This document shows, in pieces, positions 1 through 12,727 of a stretch of 64,000 nucleotides of DNA (the first letter of the stretch is position 1; each line of letters starts with the position of its first letter). The notes below the pieces were generated by a model that was given only the letters and a program-made list of their open reading frames with translations, ran no database searches and was not told the origin of the DNA. The DNA is taken from NCBI RefSeq assembly GCF_050320075.1, contig NZ_CP190018.1, one strand, 5' to 3'. The DNA comes from Escherichia coli (GTDB taxonomy: Bacteria > Pseudomonadota > Gammaproteobacteria > Enterobacterales > Enterobacteriaceae). The position numbers and the translations under genes are program-made.

Positions 1-366
1 AATAAGGATGAGTTTCTCAAGCCGGGCATGAATGCCTATCTGAAACTGAATACCAGAAGCCAGGAGATGCTGCTGATACCAAGCCAGGCCGTTATCGATA
101 CCGGCAAAGAACAGCGCGTGATTACTGTTGATGATGAAGGCAAGTTTGTGCCGAAACAGATCCACGTTCTGCATGAGTCACAGCAACAGTCCGGCATCGG
201 CTCCGGCCTGAATGAAGGCGATACCGTGGTGGTCAGTGGCCTGTTCCTCATTGACTCTGAAGCCAATATTACGGGCGCACTGGAACGTATGCGCCACCCT
301 GAAAAAACAGAAAGCAGTATGCCAGCAATGTCTGACCAGCCTGTAAATATGCATTCAGGGCACTGA
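1..366 (+). CDS. silB: RND efflux periplasmic adaptor, SilB/CusB family, C-terminal fragment (5' end lies outside window)
   Basis: Frame open from position 1; C-terminal translation matches membrane-fusion protein ends; immediately precedes the RND pump gene. Named sil rather than cus because silG-like and silP genes follow. Confidence 0.75.
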   Translation, partial: NKDEFLKPGMNAYLKLNTRSQEMLLIPSQAVIDTGKEQRVITVDDEGKFVPKQIHVLHESQQQSGIGSGLNEGDTVVVSGLFLIDSEANITGALERMRHPEKTESSMPAMSDQPVNMHSGH

Positions 367-376
367 GGAGACGACG

Positions 377-3300
377 ATGATTGAATGGATTATCCGGCGC
401 TCTGTCGCCAACCGTTTCCTGGTCATGATGGGGGCCCTGTTTCTCAGCATCTGGGGCACATGGACGATTATTAACACGCCTGTCGATGCCTTGCCTGACC
501 TGTCAGATGTGCAGGTCATTATCAAAACCAGCTATCCCGGCCAGGCCCCGCAGATTGTAGAAAACCAGGTCACCTATCCACTTACCACCACCATGCTGTC
601 CGTGCCTGGCGCAAAAACCGTGCGTGGTTTTTCACAGTTCGGTGATTCGTATGTGTATGTCATTTTTGAAGACGGCACCGATCTGTACTGGGCCCGTTCC
701 CGCGTGCTGGAGTACCTGAACCAGGTACAGGGAAAACTGCCCGCCGGTGTAAGTTCTGAAATCGGTCCGGACGCCACGGGGGTGGGCTGGATATTTGAAT
801 ATGCCCTTGTCGATCGCAGCGGAAAACACGACCTTTCAGAACTGCGTTCTCTGCAGGACTGGTTCCTGAAATTTGAGCTGAAAACCATCCCGAACGTGGC
901 TGAGGTCGCTTCGGTTGGCGGCGTGGTGAAACAGTACCAGATTCAGGTCAATCCGGTAAAATTGTCTCAGTATGGTATCAGCCTGCCCGAAGTGAAACAG
1001 GCCCTTGAATCGTCTAACCAGGAGGCCGGTGGCTCATCCGTTGAAATGGCCGAAGCTGAGTATATGGTCCGTGCCAGCGGTTATCTTCAGAGCATTGATG
1101 ATTTTAATAACATCGTCCTGAAAACAGGCGAGAACGGCGTGCCGGTTTATCTGCGGGATGTTGCCCGCGTGCAGACCGGGCCTGAAATGCGGCGTGGTAT
1201 TGCCGAGCTGAACGGCCAGGGCGAAGTCGCTGGCGGCGTGGTGATCCTGCGGTCGGGTAAAAATGCACGCGACGTTATCACGGCAGTGAGGGATAAACTT
1301 GAGACGCTGAAGGCCAGCCTGCCGGAAGGCGTTGAAATCGTGACCACCTACGATCGCAGCCAGCTCATCGACCGGGCGATTGATAACCTCAGTTCCAAAC
1401 TTCTGGAAGAGTTTATCGTGGTGGCCATCGTCTGTGCCCTGTTCCTGTGGCACGTACGTTCTGCCCTGGTGGCGATTATCTCTCTGCCGCTTGGTCTGTG
1501 TATCGCCTTTATCGTCATGCACTTCCAGGGACTGAACGCCAATATCATGTCGCTGGGAGGGATAGCGATTGCCGTCGGTGCGATGGTGGATGCCGCCATT
1601 GTGATGATTGAGAATGCGCATAAGCGGCTTGAGGAGTGGGATCATCAGCATCCGGGTGAGCAGATTGACAACGCCACCCGCTGGAAGGTGATTACCGATG
1701 CCTCCGTTGAAGTGGGACCCGCACTGTTTATCAGCCTGCTGATCATCACCCTGTCCTTTATTCCTATCTTTACCCTGGAAGGTCAGGAAGGACGTCTGTT
1801 TGGCCCGCTGGCATTCACGAAAACGTACTCCATGGCGGGCGCGGCCGCGCTGGCCATCATCGTCATTCCGATTCTGATGGGATTCTGGATCCGGGGGAAA
1901 ATTCCTGCAGAGACCAGTAACCCCCTGAACCGGGTACTGATCAAAGCGTATCATCCATTGCTGTTGCGGGTTCTCCACTGGCCAAAAACAACCCTGCTGG
2001 TTGCGGCCTTGTCCATTTTCACCGTTATCTGGCCGCTGAGCCAGGTGGGCGGTGAGTTTCTGCCGAAGATTAACGAGGGCGACCTGTTGTATATGCCGTC
2101 GACCCTGCCGGGTGTCTCTCCGGCTGAAGCTGCAGCGCTCCTGCAGACGACGGACAAGTTAATCAAAAGCGTTCCTGAAGTGGCCTCTGTATTTGGCAAG
2201 ACCGGTAAAGCAGAGACCGCCACGGATTCCGCACCGCTCGAAATGGTTGAAACCACGATCCAGCTCAAACCTGAGGATCAGTGGCGTCCAGGCATGACGA
2301 TTGACAAGATTATTGAAGAACTCGACAGGACCGTCCGTTTACCGGGGCTGGCAAACCTCTGGGTGCCGCCAATCCGTAACCGTATTGATATGCTCTCAAC
2401 CGGGATCAAAAGCCCGATAGGTATCAAGGTGTCCGGAACGGTTCTGTCCGATATCGATGCAACGGCGCAGAGTATCGAAGCGGTCGCCAAAACCGTACCC
2501 GGCGTAGTGTCTGCTCTCGCAGAGCGACTGGAAGGCGGGCGCTACATTGATGTGGATATCAACCGGGAAAAAGCCTCCCGCTACGGAATGACGGTGGGCG
2601 ATGTGCAGCTGTTCATCTCATCAGCCATCGGCGGCGCGACGGTAGGGGAAACGGTTGAAGGCGTGGCCCGGTACCCGATTAATATCCGCTATCCGCAGGA
2701 TTACCGGAACAGCCCGCAGGCCCTGAAACAGATGCCGATCCTGACCCCGATGAAGCAGCAGATCACGCTGGGCGATGTTGCGGATATTAAGGTCGTTTCC
2801 GGGCCGACTATGCTGAAAACGGAAAATGCCCGTCCAGCCAGCTGGATTTACATTGACGCGCGCGGCAGGGATATGGTGTCGGTGGTTAATGACATTAAAA
2901 CGGCGATCAGTCAGAAAGTGAAACTGAGACCGGGTACCAGCGTGTCATTCTCCGGACAGTTTGAACTGCTTGAGCATGCCAACAAGAAACTGAAGCTGAT
3001 GGTGCCGATGACGGTGATGATCATCTTCATCCTGTTGTATCTGGCATTCCGCCGGGTTGATGAAGCCCTGCTGATCCTGATGAGCCTGCCGTTCGCCCTG
3101 GTTGGCGGGATATGGTTCCTGTACTGGCAGGGCTTCCATATGTCTGTCGCAACCGGAACGGGGTTTATCGCTCTGGCCGGGGTGGCAGCAGAGTTTGGCG
3201 TGGTCATGCTGATGTATCTGCGTCATGCCATTGAAGCGCACCCGGAATTGTCCCGTAAAGAGACGTTCACACCGGAAGGCCTTGATGAAGCCCTCTATCA

Positions 3301-3523
3301 TGGTGCCGTACTGCGTGTCCGGCCGAAAGCCATGACCGTGGCGGTGATCATTGCGGGTCTGCTGCCAATACTCTGGGGAACCGGTGCAGGTTCAGAAGTC
3401 ATGAGCCGTATCGCGGCACCCATGATTGGTGGGATGATCACGGCTCCGCTGCTGTCCCTGTTCATTATTCCTGCCGCCTACAAATTAATCTGGCTGCGCA
3501 GACATAAAAAAAGCGTGTCCTGA
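377..3523 (+). CDS. silA: Heavy-metal (Ag+/Cu+) RND efflux pump, CusA/SilA family
   Basis: 1048-aa ORF of typical RND length and 12-TM architecture, N-terminus [16 protein letters not shown]; sits between adaptor gene and silG/silP. Confidence 0.92.
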   Translation: MIEWIIRRSVANRFLVMMGALFLSIWGTWTIINTPVDALPDLSDVQVIIKTSYPGQAPQIVENQVTYPLTTTMLSVPGAKTVRGFSQFGDSYVYVIFEDGTDLYWARSRVLEYLNQVQGKLPAGVSSEIGPDATGVGWIFEYALVDRSGKHDLSELRSLQDWFLKFELKTIPNVAEVASVGGVVKQYQIQVNPVKLSQYGISLPEVKQALESSNQEAGGSSVEMAEAEYMVRASGYLQSIDDFNNIVLKTGENGVPVYLRDVARVQTGPEMRRGIAELNGQGEVAGGVVILRSGKNARDVITAVRDKLETLKASLPEGVEIVTTYDRSQLIDRAIDNLSSKLLEEFIVVAIVCALFLWHVRSALVAIISLPLGLCIAFIVMHFQGLNANIMSLGGIAIAVGAMVDAAIVMIENAHKRLEEWDHQHPGEQIDNATRWKVITDASVEVGPALFISLLIITLSFIPIFTLEGQEGRLFGPLAFTKTYSMAGAAALAIIVIPILMGFWIRGKIPAETSNPLNRVLIKAYHPLLLRVLHWPKTTLLVAALSIFTVIWPLSQVGGEFLPKINEGDLLYMPSTLPGVSPAEAAALLQTTDKLIKSVPEVASVFGKTGKAETATDSAPLEMVETTIQLKPEDQWRPGMTIDKIIEELDRTVRLPGLANLWVPPIRNRIDMLSTGIKSPIGIKVSGTVLSDIDATAQSIEAVAKTVPGVVSALAERLEGGRYIDVDINREKASRYGMTVGDVQLFISSAIGGATVGETVEGVARYPINIRYPQDYRNSPQALKQMPILTPMKQQITLGDVADIKVVSGPTMLKTENARPASWIYIDARGRDMVSVVNDIKTAISQKVKLRPGTSVSFSGQFELLEHANKKLKLMVPMTVMIIFILLYLAFRRVDEALLILMSLPFALVGGIWFLYWQGFHMSVATGTGFIALAGVAAEFGVVMLMYLRHAIEAHPELSRKETFTPEGLDEALYHGAVLRVRPKAMTVAVIIAGLLPILWGTGAGSEVMSRIAAPMIGGMITAPLLSLFIIPAAYKLIWLRRHKKSVS

Positions 3524-3566
3524 ACCTGAAAGGGCACCCCCTGTGGGTGTCCTTCTTTACTGATTC

Positions 3567-3582
3567 ACCCTGACGTCAGGGT
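3567..3582. promoter_or_regulatory. Perfect 16-bp palindrome ACCCTGACGTCAGGGT followed by TTT, between silA and the DUF411 gene; terminator or operator candidate
   Basis: Read directly from sequence; function not established. Confidence 0.3.
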
Positions 3583-3609
3583 TTAAATCGATAATATACA
3601 GAGGTGAGT

Positions 3610-4050
3610 ATGAAAAAAGTGGTTCTGATGGCGCTGGCTCTCGGCCTTTCACTGCCCGCGATGGCGAGTGAAAAAGTGATTGATATGTACAAATCTGACA
3701 ACTGTGGCTGTTGTTCCCTGTGGGGCAAGGCGATGGAAAAAGACGGGTTTGAAGTACGAACTCACGTCATGAATGATCAGGCGCTGTCAGCCCTGAAAGA
3801 AAAGCATGCTATTCCTGCAGGGCTGCGAAGTTGTCATACCGCGGTTGCCGGTAATTTGATCATTGAAGGCCATGTGCCTGCGACAACGATACATAAGGCA
3901 ATGCAGTCTGGTTCAGGTATATACGGTTTCGCCACCCCCGGTATGCCAGCAGGAAGTCCTGGAATGGAGATGGGAGCCCGAAAAGAGGCTTACGATGTTA
4001 TCGCATTCTCACCGGATGGAAGTAAAAAAGTCTTCCAGCGAATCGAATAG
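3610..4050 (+). CDS. silG: Periplasmic metal-binding protein, DUF411 / ORF96 (SilG-like)
   Basis: Signal peptide, CxxC-like GCCS motif, position between silA and silP. ATG at 3610 preferred over the track's GTG at 3604 because GAGG lies just upstream. Confidence 0.75.
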   Translation: MKKVVLMALALGLSLPAMASEKVIDMYKSDNCGCCSLWGKAMEKDGFEVRTHVMNDQALSALKEKHAIPAGLRSCHTAVAGNLIIEGHVPATTIHKAMQSGSGIYGFATPGMPAGSPGMEMGARKEAYDVIAFSPDGSKKVFQRIE

Positions 4051-4176
4051 TCAGCGGAACGGCTGATAACGGGACGCCGGTAGCAGGCACTCCTGTGCCG
4101 GCGATATTCGTGGTAATCGCATCCATGACATACCCTGAAGACAGAAGATGCTTCGGTATGCATAAGGAGAGTTACT

Positions 4177-6624
4177 GTGAAAAATGACAATGCAGTGCAA
4201 CACAACAACCAGACTGCTTCTGAGCAGACATTATCCCCGGACGAGGGCCACGTATTGCATAAGGTGAGAGATCCCGTGTGCGGGATGGCCATCCTGCCCG
4301 ACAGGGCGCACAGCAGCATTCGATACCAGGACCATCAACTTTATTTCTGCTCCGCCAGCTGTGAGAGTAAATTTAAAGCCCATCCCGATCGTTATCTTAC
4401 CGAAGATGCCAGTGAACATTCCCATCACCATCACCACGATCATCACGAAGTCAGCCCTGATCAGATAAAACAGCCTCACCACCAGGCGGAAAAAGAGAAT
4501 TCTGAAGGTGTGTGGACATGTCCGATGCACCCGGAGATACGCCGCAGTGGTCCCGGAAGCTGTCCTGTCTGTGGAATGGCACTGGAGCCGCTCGTAGCTA
4601 CGGCATCCACGGGGCCGAGTGATGAACTTCACGACATGACAAGACGCTTCTGGCTGGGGTTGTTGCTGGCGTTTCCGGTTCTGGTACTCGAAATGGGATC
4701 TCATCTGTTTCCCGAGTTGAGGAATACAGTACCGCCACAGTACAACACATGGCTGCAGCTGCTTCTGGCCTCCCCTGTCGTGTTGTGGTGTGGCTGGCCA
4801 TTCTTCGCCCGGGCCGGAATGTCGTTACGTAACCGCTCCCTGAATATGTTTACCCTTGTTGCAATGGGGACCGGCGTAGCCTGGGTTTACAGCGTCATTG
4901 CAACCGTCTTCCCCTCCTGGTTTCCTGCATCGTTCAGAAACATGGATGGCCTGGTGGCCGTTTATTTTGAAGCCGCAGCAGTTATTACGGTGCTTGTTCT
5001 GCTGGGACAGGTTCTTGAGCTGCGGGCACGGGAACAAACCTCAGGCGCCATTACTGCGCTTCTGAACCTTGCCCCCAAAACCGCCAGACGGCTGGATCAT
5101 GACGGTCATGAAACGGATATTAATGCGGAAGATGTCCTGCCTGGCGATAAGCTCCGCATCAGACCTGGAGAGAGTATTCCGGTCGACGGTATCGTGATCG
5201 AAGGCAAAACAACCGTTGATGAATCGATGGTGACCGGGGAATCTATGCCGGTTACCAAAACGGAGGGTGACCCTGTCATCGGGGGGACCATTAATCAGAC
5301 AGGGAGTCTCATCATCCGTGCAGAGAAAGTCGGTGATGAAACAATGCTCTCACGAATTGTTCAGATGGTCGCTGATGCACAGCGTTCGCGTGCCCCCATC
5401 CAGAGAATGGCTGACAGCGTTTCAGGCTGGTTTGTTCCTCTGGTGATACTTATCGCGGTTGTTGCTTTCGTGATCTGGTCTGTCTGGGGGCCCGAGCCCA
5501 GGATGGCGCACGGTCTCATTGCGGCTGTGTCGGTCCTGATTATTGCCTGTCCCTGCGCGCTGGGGCTGGCCACGCCGATGTCGATAATGGTGGGGGTGGG
5601 CAAAGGAGCCCAGGCCGGGGTGTTAATCAGGAATGCCGAAGCCCTTGAGCGTCTTGAAAAAGTGGACACGCTGGTTGTCGACAAAACAGGCACGCTCACG
5701 GAAGGTTCGCCTACGGTGACAGGGATTATCAGTCTCAATCCGGGTGGGGAAACATCTCTTTTGCGTGTAACAGCCGCAGTGGAAAAAGGCTCGCAGCATC
5801 CGCTGGGTATGGCAGTAGTTAAAGCAGCACAGGAAAAGGGGATCGCAATACCCGCAGTCACTCATTTCGATGCACCGTCGGGTAAAGGTGTCTCAGGCGA
5901 TGTCGAAGGTCAACGGGTTGTTATTGGTAATGAACTGGCTATGCAGGAAAACAGTATAGTTATTGATAATCAAAAGGCCGTTGCGGATACGTTGCGGATG
6001 GAAGGCGCTACCGTTATCTATGTGGCCACAGACGGGGACCTTGCAGGCCTGATAGCTATCTCGGATCCCGTGAAAACAACCACGCCGGATGCGCTTAAAG
6101 CTTTGCGTCAGGCGGGGATCCGCATCGTTATGCTCACCGGGGATAACCAGCTTACTGCTGAAGCAGTCGCACGGAAACTGGGAATAGATGAGGTTGAAGC
6201 CGGAATTCTGCCGGATGGCAAAAAAGCAGTGATAACCCGACTGAAAGAGTCTGGCCATGTGGTTGCGATGGCCGGAGACGGTGTGAATGATGCCCCGGCG
6301 CTGGCAGCGGCTGACGTGGGTATAGCCATGGGAACGGGTACAGATGTGGCAATTGAAAGTGCCGGAGTCACCCTTCTCAAAGGCGACTTGATGATACTGA
6401 ACAGGGCCCGTCATCTGTCAGAGATCACCATGAAAAATATCCGTCAGAATCTGTTTTTTGCATTTATCTACAACGCACTTGGCGTGCCTGTGGCTGCAGG
6501 TCTGCTTTATCCTGTGTATGGAATACTGCTGTCGCCAGTTATTGCGGCGGCGGCCATGGCTCTTTCCTCCGTCAGCGTCATTGTGAATGCGTTGCGTCTG
6601 AAAAGTGTCAGGCTCGGGAAATAA
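4177..6624 (+). CDS. silP: Cu+/Ag+ exporting P1B-type ATPase
   Basis: His-rich N-terminal stretch (HHHHHDHHE), CPC metal-transduction motif, DKTGT phosphorylation motif, GDGVNDAP hinge; GTG start. Confidence 0.9.
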   Translation: MKNDNAVQHNNQTASEQTLSPDEGHVLHKVRDPVCGMAILPDRAHSSIRYQDHQLYFCSASCESKFKAHPDRYLTEDASEHSHHHHHDHHEVSPDQIKQPHHQAEKENSEGVWTCPMHPEIRRSGPGSCPVCGMALEPLVATASTGPSDELHDMTRRFWLGLLLAFPVLVLEMGSHLFPELRNTVPPQYNTWLQLLLASPVVLWCGWPFFARAGMSLRNRSLNMFTLVAMGTGVAWVYSVIATVFPSWFPASFRNMDGLVAVYFEAAAVITVLVLLGQVLELRAREQTSGAITALLNLAPKTARRLDHDGHETDINAEDVLPGDKLRIRPGESIPVDGIVIEGKTTVDESMVTGESMPVTKTEGDPVIGGTINQTGSLIIRAEKVGDETMLSRIVQMVADAQRSRAPIQRMADSVSGWFVPLVILIAVVAFVIWSVWGPEPRMAHGLIAAVSVLIIACPCALGLATPMSIMVGVGKGAQAGVLIRNAEALERLEKVDTLVVDKTGTLTEGSPTVTGIISLNPGGETSLLRVTAAVEKGSQHPLGMAVVKAAQEKGIAIPAVTHFDAPSGKGVSGDVEGQRVVIGNELAMQENSIVIDNQKAVADTLRMEGATVIYVATDGDLAGLIAISDPVKTTTPDALKALRQAGIRIVMLTGDNQLTAEAVARKLGIDEVEAGILPDGKKAVITRLKESGHVVAMAGDGVNDAPALAAADVGIAMGTGTDVAIESAGVTLLKGDLMILNRARHLSEITMKNIRQNLFFAFIYNALGVPVAAGLLYPVYGILLSPVIAAAAMALSSVSVIVNALRLKSVRLGK

Positions 6625-6664
6625 CACTGAGTGAAGGGTCAGTTACGAACAGAAGGAGTCCAGT

Positions 6665-6862
6665 ATGAAAAGTACCACCTATGCGCTTATTGCTGTCGCC
6701 GCGATCGCGGCATTTGCCCTCCTGCGCGAACACTGGTCACATGTGGCAGGTTACTGGCCATATCTGTTATTGCTGGTCTGCCCGCTAATGCATCTTTTCC
6801 ACGGCCACGGAGGGCATGGAGATCATCAACATCACGGAAGTGAAAACGATAAAAAAAATTAA
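6665..6862 (+). CDS. Small membrane protein with His-rich tail (DUF2933-like) downstream of the P-type ATPase
   Basis: 65-aa ORF with one hydrophobic segment and a C-terminal HGHGGHGDHQHH run; RBS-like GGAG upstream. Confidence 0.5.
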   Translation: MKSTTYALIAVAAIAAFALLREHWSHVAGYWPYLLLLVCPLMHLFHGHGGHGDHQHHGSENDKKN

Positions 6863-6895
6863 TCCGGCAGACGGGGCCGCGTCGCGGTCCCGTTA

Positions 6896-7633
6896 TCAGT
6901 CCAGGTATCGTTCGTAGTCTCTGGCATGCGCAAAGGCATGCTGTTCGAGTTTGTTATCAGCGGGTGCCGCTGCCCGGAACGCCAGAGAGTTAACAGGGTT
7001 GTTATTGATGACCAGCTCGTAATGCAGATGAGGACCGGATGAACGTCCGCTGTTACCGGATAACGCAATAGCACCTCCCCGTGTAACCCTGGCCCCTTTA
7101 GTAACGAGTATTTTATTGAGGTGGAGATAGCGAGTTTTAACACCGGCTTTTCCCGTTACTTCAACAAAATATCCCATGGTACTGTTGTATTCGGCCCGGG
7201 TGATTTTTCCGTCGATGACGCTGACTATTTTCGTGTTCATGGGCATGGAATAATCAATGCCATTATGGGGACTCACTTTTCCCGATACCGGGTTAAGTCT
7301 TGCAGGATTGAAAGGCGAACTGAGTCTTGCTGTGGCCGGTAATGGATAATCGAGACTGCCTTTCCCGGAAGTATCGGAAAGGTTATAGAACTTTTTATCT
7401 GATATACGATACGCCGTGTAATTAAATGAACCGGACGTAAATTTATAGGCCACGACACGTGATTTTCCCGCTTTCTTTTGCAGTACGAGTTTTAATGATT
7501 CATTTTTTTTCAAATGCCGCAGATTAAACCGGGAAGGCAAGGAGCGCTGAAGAGTAGCGATCTCGTTCGATTCCAGCCCCGAGCGGGTGGCTGAAAGGTA
7601 GGCATTTTCTTTTACGACATCGGTAGAATACAT
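6896..7633 (-). CDS. M23 family metallopeptidase (PcoG-like)
   Basis: 245-aa ORF with HxxxD-like (PHNGIDY) and HxH (PHLHYE) motifs typical of LytM/M23 peptidases; located between silP and pco genes. Confidence 0.75.
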   Translation of the reverse strand: MYSTDVVKENAYLSATRSGLESNEIATLQRSLPSRFNLRHLKKNESLKLVLQKKAGKSRVVAYKFTSGSFNYTAYRISDKKFYNLSDTSGKGSLDYPLPATARLSSPFNPARLNPVSGKVSPHNGIDYSMPMNTKIVSVIDGKITRAEYNSTMGYFVEVTGKAGVKTRYLHLNKILVTKGARVTRGGAIALSGNSGRSSGPHLHYELVINNNPVNSLAFRAAAPADNKLEQHAFAHARDYERYLD

Positions 7634-7921
7634 TTACTGGAATTCGCCGTTAGCATGAACACTGCGGCGTATGCTAGGGGTTTTCAGGAGGCGTGTCATC
7701 TGTCAGTTAATCGGGAGCACCGTTGATGGTCGTCATTTTTGTAAAATATCTTGTTTCCCGTTTGCTCCTGAAGCTCTGGGAACTGTATGACCAGCCCGAC
7801 GGTGATGATTAACGGGACTGAAACAGGTTACGGCAGAGCAATATGGGGCTCATGTCCTGCTACGTAACCCGTCAGTAAAGCCCTGCTGCGCACCTGACGC
7901 TAAGCACTAACCCGCCTGCAG

Positions 7922-8371
7922 TTACCTGGTCGAATACAGCCCGCGAAGCTTTCTTGCCTGCGTCTGATGTGCTTCCGCACCGGCATTATTGACCTGCTCA
8001 TGCACGAGAGCGGCTTTTTCTCCGGCATTCAGTTCGTTAAAAGAAGAAGACGAGGTCTTTGAATTTGCATCACTGCCGGACAGCATTTTTTTATGTTCCT
8101 CAATCATTTTCTGATGCGCATAGGACGCGCTGTTGTTCATAAATGAATGAGCAACAATGGCCCTTTCATGTTCATTCATTTCAGAGAATGAGGGCGTGTT
8201 GTTTTTATTAACCCTGTCCGGTAAGTTTTCATGCGTCGAGGAATTCACATGACTGACGGCTGAGGCATTATTAACAAATCGATGTGCTTCATGGGCAATA
8301 TCACTGGACTGAGCAAAAGCTGCCCCACAAAATAAAGCTGTAAACGCAGTGGTCGTGATTAATATATTCAT
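7922..8371 (-). CDS. PcoE/SilE-family periplasmic metal-binding protein (second paralog)
   Basis: Signal peptide; repeated His/Met/Glu-rich motifs similar to the pcoE product at 15023-15457. Confidence 0.7.
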   Translation of the reverse strand: MNILITTTAFTALFCGAAFAQSSDIAHEAHRFVNNASAVSHVNSSTHENLPDRVNKNNTPSFSEMNEHERAIVAHSFMNNSASYAHQKMIEEHKKMLSGSDANSKTSSSSFNELNAGEKAALVHEQVNNAGAEAHQTQARKLRGLYSTR

Positions 8372-8472
8372 GTGTAATTACCTTCTGAGGTACATAAAAG
8401 ATGTCCTTATGATCATATATAAAAATAATCAACCTGTGGGGAAGATGACGTAAATGTAATACAGCTATGTAC

Positions 8473-8488
8473 ATTACACGATTGTAAT
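8473..8488. promoter_or_regulatory. Inverted repeat ATTACA-N4-TGTAAT in the divergent pcoE-like/pcoA promoter region; candidate copper-box for PcoR/CusR-type regulators
   Basis: Perfect palindrome read from sequence in an AT-rich divergent intergenic region; assignment to a regulator is inferred. Confidence 0.4.
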
Positions 8489-8605
8489 GAATTTGTTTCT
8501 TAAGGTGTGCTAGATTCATTTCATTGTAAGTGGATGAACCAGTAATTTAATTTAAATCGGTTCTCGAATTCTGTCAGTAACCATACTTTAAATAAGGGAA
8601 TGCGC

Positions 8606-10423
8606 ATGCTGTTGAAAACGTCTCGACGAACTTTCCTGAAGGGGTTAACCCTCTCTGGCGTAGCCGGAAGTCTTGGCGTATGGAGTTTCAATGCGCGTTC
8701 CAGTCTGAGCCTGCCAGTTGCCGCATCCCTGCAGGGTACTCAGTTTGACCTGACCATTGGTGAAACGGCCGTCAATATCACGGGCAGTGAGCGTCAGGCC
8801 AAAACAATCAATGGAGGCCTGCCGGGGCCCGTTCTTCGCTGGAAAGAAGGTGACACCATTACCCTGAAGGTCAAAAACCGTCTTAATGAACAGACGTCCA
8901 TTCACTGGCACGGCATTATTCTTCCGGCCAATATGGATGGTGTTCCGGGGCTGAGTTTTATGGGCATAGAGCCTGATGATACCTACGTTTACACCTTTAA
9001 GGTTAAGCAGAACGGGACTTACTGGTACCACAGCCATTCCGGTCTGCAGGAACAGGAGGGGGTATACGGTGCCATTATCATCGATGCCGGGGAGCCAGAA
9101 CCGTTTACTTACGATCGTGAGCATGTGGTCATGTTGTCTGACTGGACCGATGAAAATCCTCACAGCCTGCTGAAAAAATTAAAAAAACAGTCGGATTACT
9201 ACAATTTCAATAAACCAACCGTTGGCTCTTTTTTCCGCGACGTGAATACCAGGGGGCTGTCAGCCACCATTGCCGATCGGAAAATGTGGGCTGAAATGAA
9301 AATGAATCCGACTGACCTCGCGGATGTCAGTGGCTACACCTACACCTATCTCATGAACGGGCAGGCCCCGCTGAAAAACTGGACCGGACTGTTCCGTCCC
9401 GGTGAAAAGATACGCTTACGGTTTATCAACGGCTCGGCAATGACCTATTTCGATATCCGTATCCCCGGGCTGAAAATGACGGTCGTGGCTGCAGATGGCC
9501 AGTATGTAAACCCGGTTACCGTTGACGAATTCAGGATTGCCGTTGCCGAAACCTATGATGTCATTGTGGAGCCTCAGGGTGAGGCCTATACCATCTTCGC
9601 ACAATCCATGGACAGGACCGGTTACGCTCGAGGGACACTGGCCACGAGAGAGGGGTTAAGTGCTGCCGTTCCCCCCCTCGATCCCCGTCCTCTGTTGACC
9701 ATGGAAGATATGGGTATGGGGGGAATGGGACATGATATGGCAGGAATGGACCACAGCCAGATGGGAGGCATGGATAACAGCGGAGAGATGATGTCTATGG
9801 ACGGTGCTGGCCTTCCGGATAGCGGGACATCCTCCGCGCCCATGGATCACAGCAGCATGGCCGGTATGGATCATTCCCGGATGGCCGGAATGCCGGGTAT
9901 GCAAAGTCATCCTGCGTCAGAAACGGATAACCCACTGGTTGATATGCAGGCGATGAGCGTCTCTCCGAAATTAAATGATCCGGGTATTGGTCTTCGAAAT
10001 AACGGAAGAAAGGTTCTCACGTACGCGGATTTGAAAAGCCGCTTTGAGGATCCTGACGGACGTGAACCTGGCCGTACCATAGAACTGCATTTAACCGGCC
10101 ACATGGAAAAGTTTGCCTGGTCATTTAACGGAATCAAGTTTTCAGATGCCGCACCGGTGCTGCTGAAATACGGTGAGCGGCTCAGGATCACGCTGATCAA
10201 CGATACCATGATGACTCACCCCATTCACCTGCATGGTATGTGGAGCGATCTGGAAGATGAAAACGGTAATTTCATGGTTCGTAAACACACAATAGATGTT
10301 CCCCCTGGTACAAAACGCAGTTACAGAGTGACAGCAGATGCGCTTGGCCGCTGGGCGTATCACTGCCATTTGCTCTATCACATGGAAATGGGAATGTTTC
10401 GTGAAGTCCGGGTGGAGGAATGA
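8606..10423 (+). CDS. pcoA: Multicopper oxidase PcoA
   Basis: Twin-arginine signal (SRRTFLKG), cupredoxin His motifs (HWHG, HCHLLYH), Met-rich insert ([16 protein letters not shown]). Start may be 8600 or 8606. Confidence 0.92.
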   Translation: MLLKTSRRTFLKGLTLSGVAGSLGVWSFNARSSLSLPVAASLQGTQFDLTIGETAVNITGSERQAKTINGGLPGPVLRWKEGDTITLKVKNRLNEQTSIHWHGIILPANMDGVPGLSFMGIEPDDTYVYTFKVKQNGTYWYHSHSGLQEQEGVYGAIIIDAGEPEPFTYDREHVVMLSDWTDENPHSLLKKLKKQSDYYNFNKPTVGSFFRDVNTRGLSATIADRKMWAEMKMNPTDLADVSGYTYTYLMNGQAPLKNWTGLFRPGEKIRLRFINGSAMTYFDIRIPGLKMTVVAADGQYVNPVTVDEFRIAVAETYDVIVEPQGEAYTIFAQSMDRTGYARGTLATREGLSAAVPPLDPRPLLTMEDMGMGGMGHDMAGMDHSQMGGMDNSGEMMSMDGAGLPDSGTSSAPMDHSSMAGMDHSRMAGMPGMQSHPASETDNPLVDMQAMSVSPKLNDPGIGLRNNGRKVLTYADLKSRFEDPDGREPGRTIELHLTGHMEKFAWSFNGIKFSDAAPVLLKYGERLRITLINDTMMTHPIHLHGMWSDLEDENGNFMVRKHTIDVPPGTKRSYRVTADALGRWAYHCHLLYHMEMGMFREVRVEE

Positions 10424-10428
10424 TGCGA

Positions 10429-11319
10429 ATGAAGAGAAATTTGAAGGCCATACCTGTTCTGGTCGCCGGTTTGTTTACCTCACAGCTTTCTATTGCGGCG
10501 GGCTCCGTCTCTGCAGATCCCCACGCCGGGCACGACATGTCTGCCATGCAGATGCCAGCAGATGAGAATTTCACTGAGATGACGTCAATGGAGCCCATTG
10601 TAACTGAGAGCAGAACGCCAATTCCGCCTGTTACCGATGCCGACCGGAAGGCTGCATTCGGCAATTTACAGGGGCATGCGATTCACGACAGTGCGATTAA
10701 TTATCTGGTTCTGCTGGATCAACTGGAATGGCAACGGTCGGATAACACCAACAATTTCAGCTGGAGTGTTAACAGCTGGATTGGAGGCGACACAGATCGG
10801 ATTTGGCTAAAGAGTGAAGGTGAACGAAGCAATGGGGAAACGGAGGCGGCTGAAGCGCAGTTACTCTGGGGACATGCGGTTGGCCCATGGTGGGATTTGG
10901 TTGCGGGTGTCAGGCAGGATTTCAGACCTGCTTCTGCCCGGACCTGGGCTGCTGTCGGTTTTCAGGGGCTGGCACTCTATAATTTTGAGTCTGAAATTAC
11001 GGGTTTTGTCAGTAATGGCGGAAAAGCAGCCCTTCGTCTGGGAGGAGAATACGACGTTTTACTGACTAACCGGCTCATACTCCAGCCATCCTATGAGGTG
11101 AATTTCTACAGTCAGGATGATGAATCGCGGGGTCGCGGCAGGGGACTGACTGACACAGAGCTGGGGCTCCGGCTGCGCTATGAAATACGCCGTGAGTTTG
11201 CACCCTATATAGGCGTTTCCTGGAATCAACTTTACGGGAAAACATCCGATATGGCGAAAAGAGAAGGTGAGAAAGACCATCAGGTAGTATTCCTGGCGGG
11301 AGCCAGAATCTGGTTTTAA
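10429..11319 (+). CDS. pcoB: Copper resistance outer membrane protein PcoB
   Basis: Signal peptide, Met-rich N-region, C-terminal beta-barrel-like ending in F. Start could be 10420, 10423 or 10429. Confidence 0.88.
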   Translation: MKRNLKAIPVLVAGLFTSQLSIAAGSVSADPHAGHDMSAMQMPADENFTEMTSMEPIVTESRTPIPPVTDADRKAAFGNLQGHAIHDSAINYLVLLDQLEWQRSDNTNNFSWSVNSWIGGDTDRIWLKSEGERSNGETEAAEAQLLWGHAVGPWWDLVAGVRQDFRPASARTWAAVGFQGLALYNFESEITGFVSNGGKAALRLGGEYDVLLTNRLILQPSYEVNFYSQDDESRGRGRGLTDTELGLRLRYEIRREFAPYIGVSWNQLYGKTSDMAKREGEKDHQVVFLAGARIWF

Positions 11320-11358
11320 CGCACTGATATAAAACACTCAACTAAACAGGTAAATAAA

Positions 11359-11739
11359 ATGTCGATTTTAAATAAAGCCATTCTTACAGGTGGCCTCGTT
11401 ATGGGCGTTGCTTTCTCTGCTATGGCCCATCCGGAATTAAAAAGCTCTGTGCCACAGGCTGATTCAGCCGTAGCGGCCCCGGAAAAGATTCAGCTTAATT
11501 TCTCGGAAAATCTGACCGTGAAATTCTCAGGTGCAAAATTAACGATGACGGGTATGAAAGGCATGTCATCACATTCTCCGATGCCGGTCGCGGCAAAAGT
11601 GGCGCCAGGCGCTGACCCTAAATCGATGGTCATTATTCCGCGAGAGCCTTTACCCGCTGGCACTTATCGTGTTGACTGGCGCGCGGTTTCTTCAGATACG
11701 CACCCTATTACCGGTAATTACACCTTTACAGTGAAGTAA
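11359..11739 (+). CDS. pcoC: Periplasmic copper-binding protein PcoC (CopC family)
   Basis: 126 aa, signal peptide, mature N-terminal HPELK, Met-rich loop ([13 protein letters not shown]). Confidence 0.9.
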
Positions 11740-11743
11740 TATT

Positions 11744-12673
11744 ATGAACGACCTGATTATGATTGTTATTCGTTTTCTTCTTTATCTGGATTTGATGGTA
11801 ATATTTGGATTGCCATTTTTTCAGATATATGGAATAAGCGGTGTCAGACATGAAACCTATAACCTGACTAATTTCAGGTCGTTTATAACTTTTGCTGTTG
11901 TTACAGGCATCATTCTTACTGGCATTAATATGCTCCTGGTATCTAATGCCATGAGTGGAGTAACTGACCTCAGAGAATTATCCATCCATGTTATCGAGAT
12001 GGTGATAGAAGAAACTGATGTGGGTATTAGCTGGATTGTCAGGCTCTGTGCCCTGTTTACCACACTCGGTGCTTTGTTCCTTTACACTAATAAGAGAGTA
12101 TTGTCCTGCCTGCTGATGACGATGAGTGGGGGCGTGGCGCTGGCTACACTTGCCTGGGGAGGACACGCCGTTATGCATGACGGTCTGCATTACTATCTCC
12201 ATTTACTGAGCGATCTGACCCATCTCGGCGCTGCAGGTGCCTGGACAGGTGCTCTGGTTGCATTTGCTATCCTGCTGATGCGCAGAAACGAGCATAATGC
12301 ACAGAGCGTCATTGTGATATCTGACTCCCTGGCAAAATTTGCCACGGCAGGAACGGTGATTGTTGTAGCCCTGATCCTGAGTGCGCTGGTCAACTATCTG
12401 TATATTGCTGAGGGTAACTTAACTCCCTTATTCAACAGTTCCTGGGGGAGGATATTGCTTGCCAAGACGGCTCTGTTTGTTCTGATGCTTCTTCTGGCTG
12501 CAGCAAACCGGTTTCACCTGGGTCCCCGGCTTGAAGTTATGGTCAGGGAAGGGAATTATGATCGCAGCGTTGCCCTGATGCGAAACAGCATCCTGACAGA
12601 ATTCGTTGTTGCGATTATCATTCTGGGCGCCGTAGCGTGGCTCGGAATGCTTGCTCCGTCTCAGGTCAGCTAG
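11744..12673 (+). CDS. pcoD: Inner membrane copper resistance protein PcoD (CopD family)
   Basis: 309-aa polytopic membrane protein immediately downstream of pcoC. Confidence 0.88.
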
Positions 12674-12727
12674 GGGACAGCCAAAGCTCATGCGTGAGAT
12701 TTTTACTTTCATATCAGCGAGTTGACC

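Noticed and set aside
1034-1978. 314-aa minus-strand ORF (and several shorter ones) inside silA
   Set aside because: Fully antisense to a well-supported RND pump gene; long antisense ORFs are expected in GC-rich coding sequence and there is no RBS or independent motif support.
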